Below, in pieces: positions 8,699 through 17,448 of a DNA stretch of 64,000 bases (position 1 is its first letter; every line of letters begins with the position of its first letter). The stretch is from positions 1 through 64,000 of the IMG/VR virus record IMGVR_UViG_3300037587_000516. One strand, given 5' to 3'. The DNA comes from a virus. A program made the position numbers and the translations under genes. The notes under the pieces were generated by a model. That model did no database searches and was not told where the DNA came from. It saw only the letters and a program-made list of their open reading frames with translations.

Positions 8699-8968
8699 GT
8701 GAAAACAATAAAGATAAAGGACAGTGATCATATACCATATAACTTTACAGGAATTGTTGAGTTTGACGGCGGCACTGTAGTTTGGTATTTGAAGGGAGCG
8801 TGGCATAGATTAGATGGACCTGCTTTTGAATATCCTGAGGGCCGTAAGGCTTGGTATTTGAATGATGAGTATATGACAGAAGAAGAACATGCTAAAAAGA
8901 CAGCCTACCGTAGAACTACATTAGGCAAGCTTATTTTTAACAATAAATCAAATTCTATTGGGGGGTAA
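8699..8968 (+). CDS. HRxDGPA-repeat family copy 5
   Basis: family motifs; GTGA overlap with upstream stop. Confidence 0.85.
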   Translation: MKTIKIKDSDHIPYNFTGIVEFDGGTVVWYLKGAWHRLDGPAFEYPEGRKAWYLNDEYMTEEEHAKKTAYRRTTLGKLIFNNKSNSIGG

Positions 8969-8970
8969 CT

Positions 8971-9348
8971 ATGTTTAAAATTGGCGATATTATTACAGGT
9001 AACGGTAGCAGCAGATACGCTATAACTACCGATCAAGGCACATATAGAATTATTACAGAGCCCGACATTAGTGGAAGTTGTGAAATAAAGATAGTTACTC
9101 ATATGACAGATGGGACAGACAGGGAACACTATTCTGTTAACCTTAGTCACTTTATTTTGGTTAAAACAAAGCTTTCAACACTAATTAAGCGCATTGATCT
9201 AGGCAGAAAAGCAATGAGGGATTTAATAGAACATTATAATGATGATACTATAATTAAAGAGTCCGGTAGTTCTGTGGAATATAAACCGAAAGCATTCTTT
9301 CCAGATAACATAGAGGCAGATATTGAAATCATAACGGAAGGCGAATAA
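8971..9348 (+). CDS. SH3-like domain + TLIKR motif protein (paralogue A)
   Basis: MFKIGDII...KLSTLIKRIDLGRKAM. Confidence 0.6.
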   Translation: MFKIGDIITGNGSSRYAITTDQGTYRIITEPDISGSCEIKIVTHMTDGTDREHYSVNLSHFILVKTKLSTLIKRIDLGRKAMRDLIEHYNDDTIIKESGSSVEYKPKAFFPDNIEADIEIITEGE

Positions 9349-9519
9349 ATGTTTTATGTAGCAGAAACAAAATTGGAATGGTTAGCTTTAGTTATAGAAA
9401 ACAGCTACCACTATGGTAGTGATATGGACAAGCAAATAGCTAGACTGTGGTCTCAGTATTTTAATGAAATGGACCCGGCGCTAGGACTTGAAGAAACTTA
9501 TTTTTTAGACAAATAAAGC

Positions 9520-9546
9520 TAAAGTTTCCCCGCAATACTCCGATAA
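9520..9546 (+). promoter_or_regulatory. sigma28-type promoter
   Basis: TAAAGTTT, N15 spacer, TCCGATAA. Confidence 0.75.
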
Positions 9547-9926
9547 GTTTAATATAGGGGGAATAGAAATGATGGACGTAGAAGGAATATACAAAATATT
9601 TATGCCTAACAAATTTGATTGTTACATATACTTGAGATTTAGGAAGGCACCGGTAAAGTTGTATTGCGCCGATGGAAAAGTTGAGATTTTCCTTGACTGG
9701 TTCCTTAGATCATGCGATGGTATGACAAGAGATGATCACAAATTGGCATACTTAAGTGGAAGTGAAGATACGCAAATAATTAACTTAGAGGAAGTAGCAT
9801 GACAAAGAATGACTTTATATCTATTATCATAATAGGGTTTATATTTGCTTTAGTATTTAGTTCATTGCCCGATTCTAAAATCAGTTGGTTGAAACAAATT
9901 CATCCGAATTTAAAAGTGGGGGAAAA

Positions 9927-10289
9927 ATGACATTTAAAGTTGGAGATATTGTAGAGTGTGTTGAAAATGAAGATAGGTTTGTTCGTATAGGGGCGATTGG
10001 TAAAGTTACGTCGGTTGACTCGAGAGGAGTACACTGTCTGTGGACCAGTGGCGATTTTCTCGAAGCATCAAACAATGTGTGGCACATTGAATCGCATAGA
10101 GTCAAACTATTGGCACCAAAGCTTGAAACGTTAATTAAGCGGGCGAATATGGGCGCAAAGGCAGTAGATCAAATACTAAAATATTACCCAAATAGGGTAG
10201 AGACGTATGACGAAAGTCAGGACATGTGCCCTATTTCAATAGAATTTCAGTATTCTGAAGGCGAGGAGGTTTTTTCAATAAAAGAATAA
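9927..10289 (+). CDS. SH3-like domain + TLIKR motif protein (paralogue B)
   Basis: MTFKVGDIVECV...KLETLIKRANMGAKAV; start moved to ATG 9927. Confidence 0.6.
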   Translation: MTFKVGDIVECVENEDRFVRIGAIGKVTSVDSRGVHCLWTSGDFLEASNNVWHIESHRVKLLAPKLETLIKRANMGAKAVDQILKYYPNRVETYDESQDMCPISIEFQYSEGEEVFSIKE

Positions 10290-10294
10290 AAAGC

Positions 10295-10323
10295 TTGCAA
10301 TTTAAAATAAAGCATGAGATAAT
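10295..10323 (+). promoter_or_regulatory. sigma70-type promoter of the Ubl operon
   Basis: TTGCAA-N17-GATAAT with upstream TG. Confidence 0.55.
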
Positions 10324-10369
10324 ATAAACTAAGTAATAACAACCAAACCAATAACAAAAGGAATAAATA

Positions 10370-10567
10370 ATGGCAAAAGTAATTGTAAAAGTACTAGGAA
10401 GCGCACCAAGAGAAATTGATGCAGATTCAGTAGGTGAGTTGAAGTCTGAGTTGGGACTTGATTCTTATTCGGCAAGTGTTAACGGAGATCCTGCCGATAG
10501 CAGCACAGAGCTATCCGAAGGTCAGTTAGTGACATTCGCGCCTAGCGTAAAAGGCGGCGCTAACTAA
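10370..10567 (+). CDS. ubiquitin-like (beta-grasp, ThiS/MoaD-like) protein with GG + 2-aa tail
   Basis: 65 aa; SVGELK..LGL...ASVNG......ELSEGQLVTFAPSVKGG-AN. Confidence 0.85.
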   Translation: MAKVIVKVLGSAPREIDADSVGELKSELGLDSYSASVNGDPADSSTELSEGQLVTFAPSVKGGAN

Positions 10568-10589
10568 CAGAGCCGAAATTATTTTGTGG

Positions 10590-10607
10590 GGGGATAATTC
10601 TATCCCC
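10590..10607 (+). terminator. hairpin between Ubl and E2-like genes (attenuator/stabiliser)
   Basis: GGGGATA-ATTC-TATCCCC stem-loop. Confidence 0.5.
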
Positions 10608-10633
10608 TTAAATTTTAACATCGTGGGGATGAT

Positions 10634-11734
10634 ATGAATGAGTCAGATAATTCTGCAATCGCAGAAAATAGCGAGGTTTTCTTACCTCAGATAATCAAGA
10701 GCGGGTTTGATATGTTTAAGTCCCTTGATGCCAAAATTCGATTAGAGCAAATTAATAAAATTACATATATTGATACCATCTCTAGACAACTAGATCAAGA
10801 TGTTAGTAGTGTAAACTTATTTGAGCTATTTCCAAATAAAGATAGACTGTTTACTTGTAACGAAAGTGAAATAAACAAGATACTGGTTAACTTTACTCCA
10901 GAAACAAAAACAGTAGTGAGAGAGTTACAAAAACTATCATTAACACAAAAAGAAAATATAAAAAAGGCATCCAATTTTTGGAACAAAGACTTTAGAACAA
11001 GAACAGTTCACACAATGGACCGTTGTAATATGGACATTAGAGACCTTACTAGCAGAGTAAATGCTTTGGTAGTAGAACGAAATAAACAGCACCATATACT
11101 AGAGCAATTATCAGATAATGACGGCTCACTTCTAACTAAACAAATTGAAGAAATACTAGAGACAAAAAAATATAAGCTTGCTAGAATAGACGACAGCAAG
11201 ATAGTATTTGAACTACTAGATGACGTGATAAACACGTTTAAAAATACTCGTGCTGGGATTGATTTGCGAGTGAATCTAGGGACATTTACTATTACAGTTA
11301 AATGGGACGGTATGTATTCCGAATTGTCTGGTTTGTCCAATAATACGTGCGTCGGAAGTTTTGTCCATCCTCACTATGATAGACATCCTTGTTTGGGAAA
11401 TTTACAGGAAATTATGCAGGAGGCGCAGAAAGATAAGAACTTAGTGAAAATTATGGAAATTAATGAAACGCTATTGTTAAATTACAATGATGGGAATCCG
11501 TATAAGCCACTAGCAGCCTTCGCAGCACAAAGTAAACAGGTCCAGCCGAATGGTGAGGTTCTTAAGATTGAGGAAGCAGAGCGATGTAGTGAATATGGTC
11601 CAGGCGACTATTATAATTTCGAGTGTGGTGAATGTGGCTATGAGAATGAAATTCAATTTGACGGAGATGGCTATTACGAAGGTAGTTGTGGTGAATGTGA
11701 TGATTATTTTGATCTAGCAGCAAGTGATTTATAG
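10634..11734 (+). CDS. prokaryotic E2-like (UBC-fold) protein with N-terminal coiled coil and C-terminal Zn ribbon
   Basis: HPH-x5-CLG (Cys253) matches the E2 HPN/H...C pattern; CGEC-x16-CGEC tail; operon context. Confidence 0.65.
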   Translation: MNESDNSAIAENSEVFLPQIIKSGFDMFKSLDAKIRLEQINKITYIDTISRQLDQDVSSVNLFELFPNKDRLFTCNESEINKILVNFTPETKTVVRELQKLSLTQKENIKKASNFWNKDFRTRTVHTMDRCNMDIRDLTSRVNALVVERNKQHHILEQLSDNDGSLLTKQIEEILETKKYKLARIDDSKIVFELLDDVINTFKNTRAGIDLRVNLGTFTITVKWDGMYSELSGLSNNTCVGSFVHPHYDRHPCLGNLQEIMQEAQKDKNLVKIMEINETLLLNYNDGNPYKPLAAFAAQSKQVQPNGEVLKIEEAERCSEYGPGDYYNFECGECGYENEIQFDGDGYYEGSCGECDDYFDLAASDL

Positions 11735-11745
11735 GGGGTTATGTT

Positions 11746-12564
11746 ATGGATAAAATTATATTAGGTAGAGAAGTATATGATCAAATTATGTATTACGTTA
11801 ACAAAACTAATTTTGAGATTAGTGGGCTAGGCGCTGTTGAAATTATTGATGGCTTTCCCGTTGTAACAAAGGTTTACTTATTAGATCAAGAAAATAGCGC
11901 GGCAGAAACTGAAATGGACGGCGAGGCAATTACTAAGCTAATGTATGAGCACCATATATCAGGACATCCGGGGGAATTAAAGTTCTGGTGGCACAGTCAT
12001 GTGAATATGTCAGTATTCTGGTCTACTACGGACATGACGACAATTGGTGAGCTAACAGAAAATGGCTGGTTCATTCACGGGGTATTTAATAAAGATTATG
12101 ATTACAAGTTTGCATATACTACTAATGACCCATGTCCAATTATGGTCGACGATATTGAAATGGAAATTGACGAAAATTTGGTTAACTCGTCGATACTCAG
12201 TATATTAGGGGATCTTGCTGTTGAAAATAAAAAACTAGAGGGCGAGTATGATAGTGAATTTGCGGCTAAGGTTACTATAAAAACCTATGTGCCCACCGTT
12301 ACTGACTATTCAAACTTCTACCCTAAGCATAGCGGGGCTACTACTTACACTCCAGACTGGAATAAGGAGATTTTAACATCAGGACAGGATTTGTATGATC
12401 CAGACGAGGTTAAATCAACGGGAGCATTTACGGAAGCGGGGTTTAGGGAACTGTGTGCCGCAGGGTATAGCGATGAAGAGATTCGGTTTTATAATGCGCA
12501 AGATGCATTTTGTTTGGACGAAGTTAATGAACTAGAGATGGCAAGTTGGGTGAATAATACATGA
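11746..12564 (+). CDS. JAB/JAMM metallo-isopeptidase
   Basis: E24 and H83-S-H85-x7-S93-xx-D96 JAMM motif. Confidence 0.85.
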   Translation: MDKIILGREVYDQIMYYVNKTNFEISGLGAVEIIDGFPVVTKVYLLDQENSAAETEMDGEAITKLMYEHHISGHPGELKFWWHSHVNMSVFWSTTDMTTIGELTENGWFIHGVFNKDYDYKFAYTTNDPCPIMVDDIEMEIDENLVNSSILSILGDLAVENKKLEGEYDSEFAAKVTIKTYVPTVTDYSNFYPKHSGATTYTPDWNKEILTSGQDLYDPDEVKSTGAFTEAGFRELCAAGYSDEEIRFYNAQDAFCLDEVNELEMASWVNNT

Positions 12565-13226
12565 AAAATATATTTGGGGACCACGAGCATTTAGTGAGGC
12601 AATTAGACTTAATCCCATTGGATTGTCTAGATAAGAAGATTAACATAATTGGGGCTGGAGCAATTGGAAGTTTCACGGCGCTAAGCTTAGCCAAAATGGG
12701 GTTTAAGGATATTACAGTATTTGATGATGATACTATAGATGTTGTCAATCTTAACTGTCAATTCTTTAGGCATACTGACATTGGAAAGCCTAAAGTTGTA
12801 GCATTGCAAGAATTAATCCATGACTTTACTGGAATTACCATTGAAATAGTTAATGATAGGTGGACCGGAGCTAAGTTAAATGGCATAGTTATTGCCGCAG
12901 TAGATAGTATGGCTGTTAGAAAACAGATCTTTGAAACGCATTATAAAAACGGGTTTCAGACTGATTTAGTGATAGATCCTAGGATGGGAGCAGAAGTGGC
13001 TCTATTAGCCTCATACAAGCCTTTAAGTATAGAGGAAGGGCAAACGTATAGCAAGACTCTATATAGCGACGAGGATGCCGTACAAGAGCCCTGCACCGCC
13101 AAAAGCTCTATGTATTGCTGTCTAAGTCTATCGGGCATGGTTTGTTCAATGGTTAAGGCGTTTGTAACTGGCAATGAGTTTCCTAGGTGGAAAACCTATG
13201 ACATTGCTAAATTTGACATGGTATAG
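12561..13226 (+). CDS. ThiF/E1-like Ubl-activating enzyme
   Basis: RQ arginine finger, GAGAIGS nucleotide loop, DDD..NLNCQ, GKPKV, AVDS..VR; candidate catalytic Cys178 (EPCTA). Confidence 0.9.
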   Translation: MKNIFGDHEHLVRQLDLIPLDCLDKKINIIGAGAIGSFTALSLAKMGFKDITVFDDDTIDVVNLNCQFFRHTDIGKPKVVALQELIHDFTGITIEIVNDRWTGAKLNGIVIAAVDSMAVRKQIFETHYKNGFQTDLVIDPRMGAEVALLASYKPLSIEEGQTYSKTLYSDEDAVQEPCTAKSSMYCCLSLSGMVCSMVKAFVTGNEFPRWKTYDIAKFDMV

Positions 13227-13235
13227 GGGGTTAGT

Positions 13236-13808
13236 ATGTCTAGAGAAATTAGAGAGGGCGATAGGGTTAGGTTTACTGGCACAGCGTCTCATGAGGATAT
13301 AGCGAACGGTGGTATTTATACTGTCCAAAGCATTATTAACTCGGGAGGGCATGATTACGTATGTTATATGCAAGATAATAGCTATAACGAACGCTTATCA
13401 GATTTTGAGCTAGTAGAAGATAGACCAACCAGAGCATTTAGAGTTGGTGATAGGATAAAATGCGCTAGTGTTGCTCCAAATTATGGTAGTGATCCGGTTA
13501 TTGGTCAAGTATATGAAGTGTGTGGTATTGAGTTGGCGTTTGATTGGGTTAGGGTTATCTACGGGGAAAGGACTATGCGGTTTTTGTCTCGCGATTTTGA
13601 ACTAGTAGAGCGCGAATACTCAATAGAAACGCTTATAAAAAGAGCCAATTTAGGATTAAAGGCCATGCATGAGCTACAATCTAAATATCCTAGTGAGGCC
13701 GGTATTACATTTGAATCTGGTAAGGTCTCTTTTTCTAATGGAATTGCTTTTTGTTATGACGACAGTGACGCAGAAAACCCGCCGACGATAGTAAAATTAC
13801 TGTTTTAA
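13236..13808 (+). CDS. tandem SH3-like domains + TLIKR motif protein (paralogue C)
   Basis: IREGDRVRF..DFELVE / FRVGDRIKC..DFELVE; IETLIKRANLGLKAM. Confidence 0.65.
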   Translation: MSREIREGDRVRFTGTASHEDIANGGIYTVQSIINSGGHDYVCYMQDNSYNERLSDFELVEDRPTRAFRVGDRIKCASVAPNYGSDPVIGQVYEVCGIELAFDWVRVIYGERTMRFLSRDFELVEREYSIETLIKRANLGLKAMHELQSKYPSEAGITFESGKVSFSNGIAFCYDDSDAENPPTIVKLLF

Positions 13809-13818
13809 TATAATCGTA

Positions 13819-13862
13819 GCATGGTGGGGTAACCTCCCCACAATAACCCCGCCATGCGTTTT
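13819..13862 (+). terminator. stem-loop closing the Ubl transcription unit
   Basis: GCATGGTGGGGT / ACCCCGCCATGC 12-bp stem followed by GTTTT. Confidence 0.6.
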
Positions 13863-14075
13863 CTAGGAGGCTACTATGCAAAAATCGTGCCAGGGAATAT
13901 GTACACTCTTTTATATGTTATACAACAGTTTAGTATATTAACATATGGGGGATTTAATTAGGGTTTACTTTAAGCATAAGAAGAGCAATAAGAAGTTGAT
14001 AACCATTATCATCTTACTAGTATTTGTTCTCATACCGTATACAGTCATAGTACACAACTTTTTTTAAAATAAAGC

Positions 14076-14104
14076 TTGACAACATTTTGAAAGTCTAGTA
14101 TAAT
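14076..14104 (+). promoter_or_regulatory. sigma70 promoter
   Basis: perfect TTGACA-N17-TATAAT. Confidence 0.85.
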
Positions 14105-15347
14105 AGTAAATGGAGAGCCAATGATATATATAATAATATCTATTATAGCATTTGGATTAATAGTATTACTTGAGTATCTAGGAGTATTAGAGTTAATGAT
14201 ACTTATATTCATAGTAACTGTGATTAAAGTTTTCGGCTCTTAAGCATAGCTTTGTCCAATTCTGGAGGGAATGAAATGAAACGAGAAATGACAACACATG
14301 AAGACCTGGAGAGATACCTACTAGCTAACCCAATGATGGGCGATTACAGGACCAGAGTACAACAGTCACTAATGTTGTTTCATGATAGACCATTAATGAG
14401 GTTTGAGCTAATACTGGATATAACTATCGTCTTATTAGAGGAAATATCTGATCAGATAAATGAACTAAAGCCAAAATTTGGAGTGGAGGAAAAATGAAAG
14501 GTTTAAAAATAACAGTTGAACAGACGATAACGAGCCTAATAACAATAACAGCAACCGCTCCTGGGTTTAATGAAACCCACTATACTTCGGCGTTAACACT
14601 TATGTTCTTTAGTAAGTCCGAAAAACATTTGCGCAGAGATATAGAAAAGATAAAAGATGGCATAAAAGGCCGATATAAAGTATGCACAGAGTCTAGTGAG
14701 GAAAAATGATTGAAATACTAACAGTTATGTGTATAATTAGCGTTAACCTTACTAATACTGATACTAGTATGATAGTAACGCAAGGTAACGCAATCAATAC
14801 CGATGGCGACTACTGGACAGTAGACTTCTATGAGAGCCTGTCCGAAGGTGGTTATAACATGGATTTGAATACTGGAGCCCAAACTGTTAATTCTAACGAA
14901 TGTAATATTGTAAAGTTACGAAAGGCTAAGTAATGAAAATACAAAAAGGACAGCGGGTATTTTTAGAGGCGAACAATTCTCCATATGGGGGCAAATTCCT
15001 AACAGGAATGGTCACTGAGCTATATGTAAAAGATACTGATAAGATGGCCGAAGTGTTTCTGGACCAGTCCATAACCATTCACGTAAAGCAGGATAAACTA
15101 ACCGCGATTGAGAGCACCAAATGAGTGATAAATTAATACTAGACCCGCAGTTAATTATGAACGACCTACTAAGAGATAACGAGCGATTAATTATTGAAAA
15201 TAATGCTTTACAAGGTAGTATTAGTAGGTTAGAATTATTATTAGATAGAGTTAGGGAAATTGGAAGCGATGCCATAACAGGCCGCGAAGAATTTAGACTG
15301 GAAAATGAGAAGTTAAAAGCTGAATTAATGGGAGTTAATACTAAGCA

Positions 15348-15623
15348 ATGAGAGTGTTTAAAGGAGGTTTTGGTAATATACCAAATAAATTCACAGGAAT
15401 TGTCGAATCGCAAGGTGGGAATAAGTATTGGTTTTTGAAGGGTAAACACCATAGAGTAGGTGGGCCTGCTGTTGAGTGGTGGGACGGCACTTCGTCCTGG
15501 GGGTTGAATGGTGAATGGATAACAGAAGAAGAGCATTCTAGAAGAACTGCATGGACTAAAACAACACTGGGCAGATTGATATTAAAAGAGGATTATTTTA
15601 AACTAACGGGAGAGATTAAATGA
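15348..15623 (+). CDS. HRxDGPA-repeat family copy 6
   Basis: family motifs; ATGA overlaps at both ends. Confidence 0.85.
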   Translation: MRVFKGGFGNIPNKFTGIVESQGGNKYWFLKGKHHRVGGPAVEWWDGTSSWGLNGEWITEEEHSRRTAWTKTTLGRLILKEDYFKLTGEIK

Positions 15624-16669
15624 ATGTAGAAGAGATGAAAAAAGTCATGCCACTATTAATGAAGTCCAACATCGTTCCATTCATTTGGGGTAGATCCGGT
15701 GTTGGGAAAACAGAAGTAATTAGGCAAATAGCCAAATCGCTTGATATGGAGCTAATATACTTAACATTTGCCGCTGTAGAGGATGTTGGGGATATTATCG
15801 GATTGCCGTATGAGAAAATGGTCAACGGTGAAATGACCACTGGACACATGCCTCCGGATTGGTTTCCAACCGAAGGCAATAAGTTGATCTTTATTGATGA
15901 ATTTAACCGGGCTAAGCCACAGATACTTCAAGCCATGTTTCCATTTGTATTAGAGGGCAGACTTCATACTCACAAATTGCCTGAGAATTGCCATATTGTA
16001 GTTGCAGGTAATCCCCCAACAGAAGATTACGACGTAACTAGTATGGAGGACAATGCGCTGTTTTCTAGATTCTGCCATATGAACTTTACTCCTAGCGTTG
16101 AAGAGTGGGTTGTGTATATGAAGGAGCAAAATAGAAACCATGATGTTATCACATTCTTTAATACTAATCAGGACTTAATTTCCTCAGTAGCAAAGGACTT
16201 TGATATTAGAACGGTTTGTAAAAATGATCGGCGTAACGCTGAAATGCTGGCCAAATTTATTGATGATAATGACCCACATGATTCAGTAACTCAGTTAGTT
16301 GCATCCGGGTTGCTAGGTCCAGAGCTAGGCGTTAAATTCATGGCGCATGTGAAAAGTAATAGCGAGCGGATTAGCTCAGAAGAAATACTGAATAATTATA
16401 GTATTAGGACCAGAGATAAAGTCCGCAGAAACTTTACTAGAGTTGACATTTTAAACAAGGGTATTGAGGATGCGCTAACCACAATCAAGGCTTGTAAAGA
16501 GATACAGGAAAGTCAAGCAAGGAACATGGCAGCGTTTCTAACAGAACTGCCGAATGACCTAGCCTGGAAGGGAATTAAAGCATTCCTAGAGTTGGGCCAT
16601 GATAATTGTTTGAAGTTCATTGGTGAAAATGAGGACTTAGTTAAGAAATTTAAAGATAGAACAGCATGA
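15620..16669 (+). CDS. MoxR-like AAA+ ATPase
   Basis: Walker A GRSGVGKT, Walker B IFIDEFNRA, AGN sensor, ALFSRF. Confidence 0.85.
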   Translation: MNVEEMKKVMPLLMKSNIVPFIWGRSGVGKTEVIRQIAKSLDMELIYLTFAAVEDVGDIIGLPYEKMVNGEMTTGHMPPDWFPTEGNKLIFIDEFNRAKPQILQAMFPFVLEGRLHTHKLPENCHIVVAGNPPTEDYDVTSMEDNALFSRFCHMNFTPSVEEWVVYMKEQNRNHDVITFFNTNQDLISSVAKDFDIRTVCKNDRRNAEMLAKFIDDNDPHDSVTQLVASGLLGPELGVKFMAHVKSNSERISSEEILNNYSIRTRDKVRRNFTRVDILNKGIEDALTTIKACKEIQESQARNMAAFLTELPNDLAWKGIKAFLELGHDNCLKFIGENEDLVKKFKDRTA

Positions 16670-16929
16670 AGGTGTTTAAAGGGTGGTTTGGTGATAGACC
16701 GGATAATTTTACAGGGATTGTTGAAAATCCGGATGGTGCTAAGCGTTGGTGCTTGAATGGTGAATGGCATAGAGTTGATGGACCTGCTGTTGAACATGCT
16801 GATGGTGATAAGTATTGGTATTTGAATGGTGAGTTTTTGACAGAAATAGAGCACACTAAAAGAACTGCTTATTTAAGAACTACCTTGGGCAAGATTATTT
16901 TTAATGAGCATTTTAAATTGGAGGGGTAA
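16666..16929 (+). CDS. HRxDGPA-repeat family copy 7
   Basis: family motifs; ATGA / TAATG overlaps. Confidence 0.85.
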   Translation: MKVFKGWFGDRPDNFTGIVENPDGAKRWCLNGEWHRVDGPAVEHADGDKYWYLNGEFLTEIEHTKRTAYLRTTLGKIIFNEHFKLEG

Positions 16930-17414
16930 TGGAGCCAATTGTAGGATTTGAAAGTCTATACTCAATTACTGAATGCGGAAAAGTATTTAGCCATAGGCGA
17001 GATAGGTTTTTAAAACCACAAATCGTAGGACGGCGGTATTATGCAGTTACATTATATATAAACGGAACGTGGGTTTATAGGAAAGTTCATAGATTAGTTG
17101 CATTTGCCTATATACCAAACCCGAATAATTATAAACAGGTAAATCATAAAAACGGAATAAAAACTGATAATCGGGCGGAGAATTTAGAGTGGTGTACTTC
17201 GTCTCAAAATATACAACATGCTGTCGATACCGGATTGTTAAAGGTATCTGGAGAAGATTGTCACCTTAGTAGGTTAAAAAATAAGGAAGTATTAAAGATT
17301 CGTGAATTACACGAAACAGGAAAGTTTACACAAAAAGATCTAGGGAAAAAGTTTAATACGTGCAGAAGAAATATTTCTTTTATTATTAACAGAAAAAGTT
17401 GGAAACATTTATAA
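16929..17414 (+). CDS. NUMOD4-HNH homing endonuclease
   Basis: VHRLVA..IPNP....VNHKNGIKTDNRAENLEW; C-terminal HTH. Confidence 0.9.
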   Translation: MEPIVGFESLYSITECGKVFSHRRDRFLKPQIVGRRYYAVTLYINGTWVYRKVHRLVAFAYIPNPNNYKQVNHKNGIKTDNRAENLEWCTSSQNIQHAVDTGLLKVSGEDCHLSRLKNKEVLKIRELHETGKFTQKDLGKKFNTCRRNISFIINRKSWKHL

Positions 17415-17448
17415 AAAGGAGTTAGTCATCGAGCGGTCAAGAGGTTAT

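Noticed and set aside
10370-13226. ThiS/ThiF thiamine or MoaD/MoeB cofactor biosynthesis
   Set aside because: No thiG, moaE, cysteine synthase or desulfurase nearby; E2-like and JAB genes are interposed.
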